Positions 57,285 through 64,000 of a stretch of 64,000 nt of DNA are shown here, one piece after another; within the stretch, counting starts at the first letter, position 1; each line of letters begins with the position of its first letter. A program made the position numbers and the translations under genes. The notes below the pieces were generated by a model. It was not told the origin of the DNA. It saw only the letters and a program-made list of their open reading frames with translations, and made no database searches. The stretch is from an uncultured delta proteobacterium (GTDB lineage: Bacteria; Desulfobacterota; Binatia; Binatales; Binataceae). The stretch covers positions 152,916 through 216,915 of the forward strand of contig CAWILO010000004.1 in assembly GCA_963836955.1 (NCBI GenBank), given 5' to 3'.

Positions 57285-58649
57285 ATGGCATCGGCAAAAA
57301 AAGACGCGGTTGTAATCGGGGCCGGCTTCGCGGGACTCAGCGCCGGGGTCGCGCTCGCGGAGCATGGCGTTCGGGTCACGGTGCTCGAAGGAAAACCAGC
57401 GCCCGGCGGACGTGCGTATTCGTTCGCCGATCCCGAGACCGGCGATTTCGTCGACAACGGGCAACACGTGCTGATGGGTTGCTACGGCGAGACGCTCGAC
57501 TTCCTCAAACGGATCGGCGCGTACGACCAGTTGGTCTTTCACGAAGATTTGGAAATCGAGATGCTCGCGGGTCCCGGACAAAGCGCGATGCTGAAAACGG
57601 CGCGGCTGCCCGGGCCTCTACACATGACGGCAGCGTTGCTCGGCTACCGGCATTTGAGTGTCGCGGAGCGATTGAGCGTGATGCGCGGTGGGTTGCGCAT
57701 GCTCGCGATGCGACGATTCGGCGGCGGCGAGCTGAGTCGTCTAACCGTTGTGCAGTTGATGGATCGCCTCGGGCAATCGGAACACGCGCGCCGATGCTTC
57801 TGGTACCCGATGTCGATCGCGACGCTGAACGACGAGCCGAAATCGTCGTCGGCGCAACTACTGGCCGAGGTTCTCAAGCGGGCATTCTTTTCGCGCCGCC
57901 GCGACTCGGCTTTCGTTTATTCGCGCGTCGGCCTGAGTGACCTTTACTGCACCGGCGCGAGGCGATTGATCGAACGCGCAGGCGGAACGGTAATGCCGCA
58001 TTCGATCGTCGAAATGCTGGAGCCGGGCGCGCGAGGCGATGTCGCCAGTGTGCGGCTACGCACCGGGCGGCGAATCGAAGCGTCGGACTTCATCAGCGCG
58101 GTGCCGGCGCCGCAGTTGCTGCGCTTGTTGCCCGAGAGCGCGGTTGCGGATCCGTTTTTTTCGCGCCTGGCGGATCTTTCGAGCTCACCGATCATCTGCG
58201 TTCACGCCTGGCTCGATCGCGAAGTGACTAATTCACCGTTCATCGGCTTTATCGGCACTACTACTCAATGGCTATTCAACAAACGCCAGATATTTGCACA
58301 GCGCGGCGAAGCGCATCCGGGCTACCTGAGCTTCGTCATCAGCGGCGCGCGAAAGCTGGTCGATCTCAGCAACCAGGAAATTCTCGATATCGTGATTAAC
58401 GATCTGCACGCGATGATTCCTGCGTCGCGCGAGGCCAAAGTCGTGAAGTCGCTGGTGCTGAAGGAGAAAAACGCCACGATGGCGCCGGAGCTGCGTTCGC
58501 ACGAATTGCGTCCGACGGCGAAAACACCGATTGCAAATTTCTTTTTGGCCGGTGACTGGATCCAGACCGGTCTGCCTGCGACGATCGAGAGCGCCGTGAT
58601 TTCGGGACGGACCGCAGCCGCCGCGGTTCTCGCGCGGACGGCTGAATAG
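57285..58649 (+). CDS. hpnE: Hydroxysqualene dehydroxylase HpnE
   Basis: IGAGFAGL, GGRAYS, VDNGQHVLMGCY, LAGDW..TGLPATIESAV. Confidence 0.92.
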   Translation: MASAKKDAVVIGAGFAGLSAGVALAEHGVRVTVLEGKPAPGGRAYSFADPETGDFVDNGQHVLMGCYGETLDFLKRIGAYDQLVFHEDLEIEMLAGPGQSAMLKTARLPGPLHMTAALLGYRHLSVAERLSVMRGGLRMLAMRRFGGGELSRLTVVQLMDRLGQSEHARRCFWYPMSIATLNDEPKSSSAQLLAEVLKRAFFSRRRDSAFVYSRVGLSDLYCTGARRLIERAGGTVMPHSIVEMLEPGARGDVASVRLRTGRRIEASDFISAVPAPQLLRLLPESAVADPFFSRLADLSSSPIICVHAWLDREVTNSPFIGFIGTTTQWLFNKRQIFAQRGEAHPGYLSFVISGARKLVDLSNQEILDIVINDLHAMIPASREAKVVKSLVLKEKNATMAPELRSHELRPTAKTPIANFFLAGDWIQTGLPATIESAVISGRTAAAAVLARTAE

Positions 58650-58664
58650 CTACTTGCTAATCGA

Positions 58665-59669
58665 ATGAGTACCAAGTTAGCGCTGGTAACGGGCGGCAAC
58701 GGATTCGTAGGATGCCACGTCGTGCGCGCACTCATTGCCCGCGGCGATCGCGTGCGCGTGCTGGCACGTGAGAACGCCGACTTGAGCGCGTTGGTTGGAC
58801 TGTCGGTGGAGGTCGTGCGCGGCGATCTGCGGTATTTCGATTCGGTCGAGCGCGCGGTCAACGGATGCAACGAGGTTTATCACGTCGCCGCAGATTACCG
58901 TCTGTGGCTGACCGATCCGGCGCCGATGTATTCGACCAACGTCGACGGCACGCGGCACATTATTCGGGCCGCGGCCAACGCGGGTGTTTCGCGAATCGTT
59001 CATACGAGCACGGTGGGAGCGCTGGGGATTCCGCATCGCGGAGTGGGGCGCGAAGACACGCCGTCGTCGCTGGCCGAGATGACGGGCCACTACAAACGAT
59101 CGAAGTATATGGCCGAGCAGGCGGCGCTGGAGGCTGCGCGCGCGGGCGTGCCGGTCGTGATCGTGAATCCCTCGACGCCGATTGGCGCGCTCGATTTCAA
59201 GCCGACTCCGACGGGCAGGATTATCGTCGATTTCCTGAATCGGCGGATGCCGGCGTATGTGGAGACGGGGCTCAATATTGTCGATGTCGAAAGCGTCGCG
59301 CGCGGCCATCTGCAGGCGGCCGAGCGCGGACGAGTTGGCGAGAAATATATTCTTGGCGGCGAGAATCTAACGCTCAAGGAATTTCTCGGACGGCTCGCGA
59401 CGATTTCCGGACTGCCTGCGCCGAAGATGAGAATTCCGTACGCAGTGGCGCTCGGCTACGCACTCGGCGCTGAAGCGTTTGCGCGTACGGTCACGCGCAG
59501 GGCGCCGCGGGCCAGCCTGACCGAGGTGCGGATGGCGCGAAAGAAGATGTTCTTCGACTCGTCGAAGGCATGCGAAGAGTTAGGTTATTCGCCGGGGCCG
59601 ATCGACGGTGCGATAGCGGCGGCGATAGAATTTTTCCGATCCAAGGGAACGGCGAGGAGCGCCGCGTAG
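58665..59669 (+). CDS. hpnA: Hopanoid-associated sugar epimerase HpnA
   Basis: VTGGNGFVG, HVAADYRLW, YKRSK, VNPSTPIG..D.KPTPTG. Confidence 0.9.
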   Translation: MSTKLALVTGGNGFVGCHVVRALIARGDRVRVLARENADLSALVGLSVEVVRGDLRYFDSVERAVNGCNEVYHVAADYRLWLTDPAPMYSTNVDGTRHIIRAAANAGVSRIVHTSTVGALGIPHRGVGREDTPSSLAEMTGHYKRSKYMAEQAALEAARAGVPVVIVNPSTPIGALDFKPTPTGRIIVDFLNRRMPAYVETGLNIVDVESVARGHLQAAERGRVGEKYILGGENLTLKEFLGRLATISGLPAPKMRIPYAVALGYALGAEAFARTVTRRAPRASLTEVRMARKKMFFDSSKACEELGYSPGPIDGAIAAAIEFFRSKGTARSAA

Positions 59670-59676
59670 GCCCGCG

Positions 59677-60576
59677 ATGCATCTGCTACTGTCCACGATC
59701 GCACTGCGACCGTACGTTTTTATCTTCCTCGCGAGTTTTCTGCTGATCGCGATCGTGAACTTCGGTCTGCGCACGACGATTCTATTCACGGTGTTGACCT
59801 ACGCCGTTTCGCTCGCGTGCGAATGGTCGTCGGTACGCAACGGATTCCCGTTCGGGCTGTATCATTATATTGACGCGACGCGCGGGCGCGAGATTTGGGT
59901 GTTCGGCGTTCCGTTCATGGATTCGCTGTCGTTCACGTTTCTGGCGTTTGCCAGCTACACGGTCGCGCTGCTGCTTAGCTCGCCGCTGTATCGGCGCGGT
60001 GCGGACTTTCGGATTCTCGACACTTGGGAAATTCGGCGCGCACCGCGAGTATGGCTGATGGCGGCGCTGTTCATGGTGATGGTGGACATGGTCGTCGATC
60101 CGCTGAGCGTGCTCGGCGACAGATGGTTCCTGGGCAGGATTTTCTGGTACGACCCGCCGGGGCCGCATTTTGGCGTGCCCATCAGCAACTACCTGGGATG
60201 GTATTTCGTCGCCGCGATCACGATTGCGATTTTCCAGTGGCTGGACGCGACGCTCAATCGCGGTGCGGCGAGACCGGCGGGCTCGGTTCCCGCGATCCCG
60301 TCGCGTGCGCTGCTCGGACCGGCGCTCTATGCGGGAATCGTGATCTTCGGAATCACAATGCTGTTCCGAATCAACGCGCCTCAAATTGGATGGGCCGCGG
60401 TGTTCATCTACCTGCCCTTCACGGTGCTGGCGATTCATATGATGACCCGCCGCGAATCGTACGGCGACGAAACAGCGATCGAGCGCCATCTCGCAGATTT
60501 TCCCTACGAGCGAGATCTCACTGTCTGGAAGCCAACGAGCGCGCATCCGCGAGAACCGCGCCGCGTCACCGCGTAG
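59677..60576 (+). CDS. CruF-like (DUF422) membrane protein, carotenoid-hydratase family
   Basis: GFPFGLYHY, FGVP, DMVVDP, FGVPISNYLGW; multiple TM helices. Confidence 0.78.
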   Translation: MHLLLSTIALRPYVFIFLASFLLIAIVNFGLRTTILFTVLTYAVSLACEWSSVRNGFPFGLYHYIDATRGREIWVFGVPFMDSLSFTFLAFASYTVALLLSSPLYRRGADFRILDTWEIRRAPRVWLMAALFMVMVDMVVDPLSVLGDRWFLGRIFWYDPPGPHFGVPISNYLGWYFVAAITIAIFQWLDATLNRGAARPAGSVPAIPSRALLGPALYAGIVIFGITMLFRINAPQIGWAAVFIYLPFTVLAIHMMTRRESYGDETAIERHLADFPYERDLTVWKPTSAHPREPRRVTA

Positions 60577-60652
60577 CGCCGCTTCCAAAATTTCGCTGAG
60601 TGTGGCAAGCGTCGGTTATCGAAATACGATGAAGCAGGCGAGGTGACCTGGC

Positions 60653-61450
60653 ATGCTACTCAAGGATAAAGTTGCGTTGATCACGGGCGCGGGTTCCGGA
60701 ATCGGGCGCGCGAGTGCGATTCGGTTCGCGAAAGAAGGCGCGAAGGTGATGGTCGCCGACATGCGCTCGGAGACGGCGAGCAATACTGCGGCGGAGATCG
60801 AGCACGCCGGCGGTGTCGCGAAGTCGGTGTCGGTGGACGTGCGCGTCGGCGCCGAAGTCGAGTTGATGGTCAACGAAACGATCCGCGCGTTCGGCCGCCT
60901 CGACATCCTGTTCAACAACGCCGGCGTGTTCGTGCCCAAGACCGCCGTCGATACGAGCGAGGAAGAATGGGACTGGGTCGTTGACGTGTGCCTGAAGGGA
61001 GTTTTCTTCGGCTGCAAGTATGCGATCCCGCAGATGATCAAGCAGGGCGGCGGCGTGATCATCAACACGGCCAGCGGCGCGGGAATCGAGGGCGTGCCGA
61101 ACCTGGGCGCCTACCAGGCCGCGAAGGGCGGCGTCGTGATCATGTCGAAGGGAATCGCGCTCGACTTCGCACGCTACAAGATTCGATGCGTGTCGATTTG
61201 CCCCGGCGTGATCGAAACGCCGATCGCCGAGAACTGCAACGTCGTTCCGGCCGGCGCGTCGCGCTTGGGTTGGGAGCGGACGGGTAGCATGCATCCGCTC
61301 GGGCGCAATGGGAAGCCGGAAGAGATCGGCGCGCTGGCGGCGTTCCTGGCGTCGGACGAGGCGGGATTCATCACAGGCGTCGCGGTGCCGATCGACGGGG
61401 GATTCAGCGCAGGCGCGTTCTTCCCAACGGGTCCCGAGCGCGCTTCGTAA
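60653..61450 (+). CDS. SDR family oxidoreductase
   Basis: ITGAGSGIG, FNNAG, YQAAK, ICPGVIETP. Confidence 0.92.
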   Translation: MLLKDKVALITGAGSGIGRASAIRFAKEGAKVMVADMRSETASNTAAEIEHAGGVAKSVSVDVRVGAEVELMVNETIRAFGRLDILFNNAGVFVPKTAVDTSEEEWDWVVDVCLKGVFFGCKYAIPQMIKQGGGVIINTASGAGIEGVPNLGAYQAAKGGVVIMSKGIALDFARYKIRCVSICPGVIETPIAENCNVVPAGASRLGWERTGSMHPLGRNGKPEEIGALAAFLASDEAGFITGVAVPIDGGFSAGAFFPTGPERAS

Positions 61451-62207
61451 CGGCAGGAACCTGGCCCTCGTGCGCGATTGCCGTGAGCGCGTCGGCGATC
61501 GCAGCGGTCGCGCGCGAGAGGTTTCGAATCATCCGCGGCAGCTTGAGCATCGTCGCCGGATTGCGCAGCAGGAAGGACGTCGCGGCGAGCGGCTTGACGT
61601 TGCCATCCTGGTCGGCCATCGCGGCGCCAACTATTTCATCGTCAACTTCGTCGAGCACGGCCCGAATCGCGACGAATGGGAGTCCGCGCACGGTGGCTTC
61701 TGCGGCTATCGCGGCGGTTTCCATGTCCACAGCAATAGCGCCGGTGATTTCCTTGGCGCGTCGTTTCTCGGCGCCGGTCGTGAGTACGCGATGCGACGTC
61801 AGGATCGCGCCTGTCGAATACGGGAGACCCGCGATTGCAAGCGAGCGGCCCACAGCGCGCAGCTGTGCGTCGCCGACGGCCGTCACCTGTTCATCAACGT
61901 GGCCATCGGCATGAATCGTCATCGTGCGATCGGAGAGCACGAGGTCGCCCGGCTTCAGCCCACTCGAAAGCGCGCCGACGACCCCAGTCCCAATCACCAG
62001 GTCGGCGCCGGGAATCAAGTCGAAAGCGCGCCGCGCGGTTTCGGTGGCGCGCTGGTGCCCGATTCCATGGCCAACAACCGCGAACTGTTTGCCCCCGATC
62101 TCCGCGCGGAAGCCATGCAAGCCATCGAGCGCGAGCGGCGTGCGACGAACCACGCGGCGCTTGAAGGGCGCGATCTCTCGCGCGAACGCATAGAAGAGAA
62201 GAATCAA
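61404..62207 (-). CDS. Nucleoside phosphorylase-like protein (HpnG/MtnN-like)
   Basis: GHGIG, GVVGAL..LKPGDLV, AVDMETAAIA, RAVLD; hopanoid context. Confidence 0.8.
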   Translation of the reverse strand: MILLFYAFAREIAPFKRRVVRRTPLALDGLHGFRAEIGGKQFAVVGHGIGHQRATETARRAFDLIPGADLVIGTGVVGALSSGLKPGDLVLSDRTMTIHADGHVDEQVTAVGDAQLRAVGRSLAIAGLPYSTGAILTSHRVLTTGAEKRRAKEITGAIAVDMETAAIAAEATVRGLPFVAIRAVLDEVDDEIVGAAMADQDGNVKPLAATSFLLRNPATMLKLPRMIRNLSRATAAIADALTAIAHEGQVPAVTKRARDPLGRTRLR

Positions 62208-62311
62208 TCGCTTGCGCCCATTCTGATTTGTCAGCGACCCCGCTTGAGCGGACTCCCCGATGCTAGCAAAATTGGGCAGGTGTTTCTTTTCAGTGCTCGC
62301 GGTGGCGCAGT

Positions 62312-63172
62312 TTGAAGCGCTTGATCGTCAATGCCGACGACTTTGGGTTGTCGCCCGAGGTCAACGCCGGCATCATGCGCGCGCATCGCGACGGGATTCT
62401 GCGCAGTGCGAGCCTGATGGTCGCGGAGCCTGCAACGCAGGCTGCCGCCGAAATGTCGCGCGACATTCCCGCGCTCGACGTGGGCCTTCACGTAGTGGTC
62501 TGCCGGGGACGCAGTCTGCTCGACGCGTCGCGTCTCGGTGCCGCGGTGCGCGCGTCGGGCGAGTTCGTCGACAGCCCCGTCGCCGCGGGGATGCGGTATT
62601 TCTTCGACCGCTCGATGCGCGCCGCGATGACCGACGAACTGCGTGCGCAAGTCGAGCGCCATCTCGAGCTCGTCGGCTACCTCAACCATATCGACGGTCA
62701 TCTGAACTTCCACGTTCATCCGCTGTTCGCGGATATTCTCGTTGACCTCGCCGTCGAATACAAAGTGCCGTGCATCAGGCTGCCGCGCGAGCGCGTGATG
62801 ACGACGCTGCGCCTGCGCCGCGACCATGCGCCGCGCAAGCTCGTCGAGTCGATTGTCTTTCGCACGCTGTCGCGCCGGACCAGGCGGATGATGACCGCGC
62901 GCGGCCTCGCCTCAACGGACGCGCTGTTCGGGCTTCATCAGACCGGGCATCTGAGCGAGGACTACATCCTCGGCGTGCTCGATCGAATCCGCGATGGCAC
63001 CACCGAACTGTATTTCCATCCGGCGGCTGATATCGGCGCAGTCCCGCCCGCGCTCGCGGCGCAGCTGGAAGTCGAGATTCTCACCAGCCAGCGCGTGCGC
63101 GATGCGATCGGCCGAAATCAGATCGAGCTGATCACGTTTGCCGATATCGCGAAGGGCAAACTGGCCGCTTGA
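62312..63172 (+). CDS. hpnK: Hopanoid biosynthesis-associated deacetylase HpnK (YdjC/ChbG family)
   Basis: LIVNADDFG, ASLMV, VGLH, HIDGHLNFHVHP, ELYFHPA. Confidence 0.85.
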   Translation: MKRLIVNADDFGLSPEVNAGIMRAHRDGILRSASLMVAEPATQAAAEMSRDIPALDVGLHVVVCRGRSLLDASRLGAAVRASGEFVDSPVAAGMRYFFDRSMRAAMTDELRAQVERHLELVGYLNHIDGHLNFHVHPLFADILVDLAVEYKVPCIRLPRERVMTTLRLRRDHAPRKLVESIVFRTLSRRTRRMMTARGLASTDALFGLHQTGHLSEDYILGVLDRIRDGTTELYFHPAADIGAVPPALAAQLEVEILTSQRVRDAIGRNQIELITFADIAKGKLAA

Positions 63173-63235
63173 TTCAACTTTGCATCTGGCGTTGCCTGTG
63201 AATCGACATAACTTCCCAACCAGGAGACCAGCTTC

Positions 63236-63751
63236 ATGGCGGAGGTAAAGATTCGGCCTGCGGTGCGCGACGACCTGCCGCGGCTGACGGAGATTTACAA
63301 CTACTACATCATCAACACGCCAATCACGTTCGACCTGGAACCGTTCGCGGTCGAGGGTCGCGCGCAGTGGTTCGATGCGCACGCGGGCACGGGGCGGCAT
63401 CGCATGTTCGTCGCTGAGGAGGCTGGCGAGGTCGTCGGCTATGCGTACGCGGGGGAGTTTCGCGACAGAGCGGCGTACGATACGAGCGTCGCGACGTCGA
63501 TCTACTGTGCTCACGATGCGAAGGGGCGCGGAATCGGTTCGATGCTGTATCGCGCGCTTTTCGACGCGTTGAAGAATGAGGACATCAATCGCCTTTTTGC
63601 CGGGATCACGATTCCCAACGACGCGTCGATCAAGCTCCATCGAAAGTTCGGCTTCACCGACGTCGGGGTCTTCACCGAATGCGGCCGCAAGTTCCAACGT
63701 TACTGGGACGTCGTGTGGATGGAACGTCCGCTCCGGCTCGCCGGCGAATAA
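63236..63751 (+). CDS. GNAT N-acetyltransferase (Pat/YncA-like)
   Basis: IYNYYI, GRGIGS.LY, PNDASIKLHRKFGF, KFQRYWDV. Confidence 0.9.
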   Translation: MAEVKIRPAVRDDLPRLTEIYNYYIINTPITFDLEPFAVEGRAQWFDAHAGTGRHRMFVAEEAGEVVGYAYAGEFRDRAAYDTSVATSIYCAHDAKGRGIGSMLYRALFDALKNEDINRLFAGITIPNDASIKLHRKFGFTDVGVFTECGRKFQRYWDVVWMERPLRLAGE

Positions 63752-63849
63752 GTTGCTCGCGCATCGAGGCGGTTTGAACTAGGCTGGACAGGTGCGGGGC
63801 GCGCGCTCCGCACAATTTTTCACTCGACTGAATATAAGGAAGAGACCAG

Positions 63850-64000
63850 ATGCTCGATCAGGATGGAGCTCCGCTCGCTGATTCTTCGCAGGACTATCGG
63901 CTGCCGAAAAACGTCACGCCCAAGCGCTACGAAATTCGCCTGACGCCCGATCTCAAGGCGTTCACGTTTCAGGGCGATGTGAATGTCGCCGTCGTCGTAA
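63850..64000 (+). CDS. M1 family aminopeptidase, 5' fragment (runs off window)
   Basis: ...YRLPKNVTPKRYEIRLTPDLKAFTFQGDV, typical M1 N-terminus; AAGGA RBS upstream. Confidence 0.75.
   Translation, partial: MLDQDGAPLADSSQDYRLPKNVTPKRYEIRLTPDLKAFTFQGDVNVAVVV

Noticed and set aside
55453-58649. Carotenoid crtB/crtI cluster
   Set aside because: Motifs and order match hpnC-hpnD-hpnE squalene synthesis next to shc.

Overview
This is a GC-rich bacterial chromosomal segment; gene content and style suggest Binatota or a related deltaproteobacteria-like lineage (inference only). Core blocks are tsaC-purD-purH-alr, thiSGE behind a TPP riboswitch, apt-nlpD-pcm, tRNA-Pro(GGG), coaX and panBC with a structured attenuator-like leader, and a large hopanoid operon (TetR, hpnH, ispA, Zn-dehydrogenase, shc, dxr, hpnCDE, hpnA, CruF-like protein, SDR, hpnG-like, hpnK). 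An accessory region lies at about 8.4-23.2 kb. Four observations stand out. (1) A tandem array of three small genes has constant ends (MNLRHAAALALVGWYL ... CIASDDPRLKEK) and unrelated middles, joined by a conserved DNA junction that also supplies the next gene's RBS; one copy is split by an intact IS5, and the array ends in an AbiJ/HEPN-like gene. (2) A divergent 8-gene cluster (CDP-alcohol phosphotransferase, B12 radical SAM, HADs, NTP-transferase, ATP-grasp-like protein, class III aminotransferase) looks like an uncharacterised polar-lipid head-group pathway. (3) Two copies of a ~152-bp MITE have TIRs and 6-bp target duplications. (4) Extra oxidoreductases and a CruF-like hydratase are embedded in the hopanoid operon. 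All family calls come from motif recognition by eye; no searches were run.
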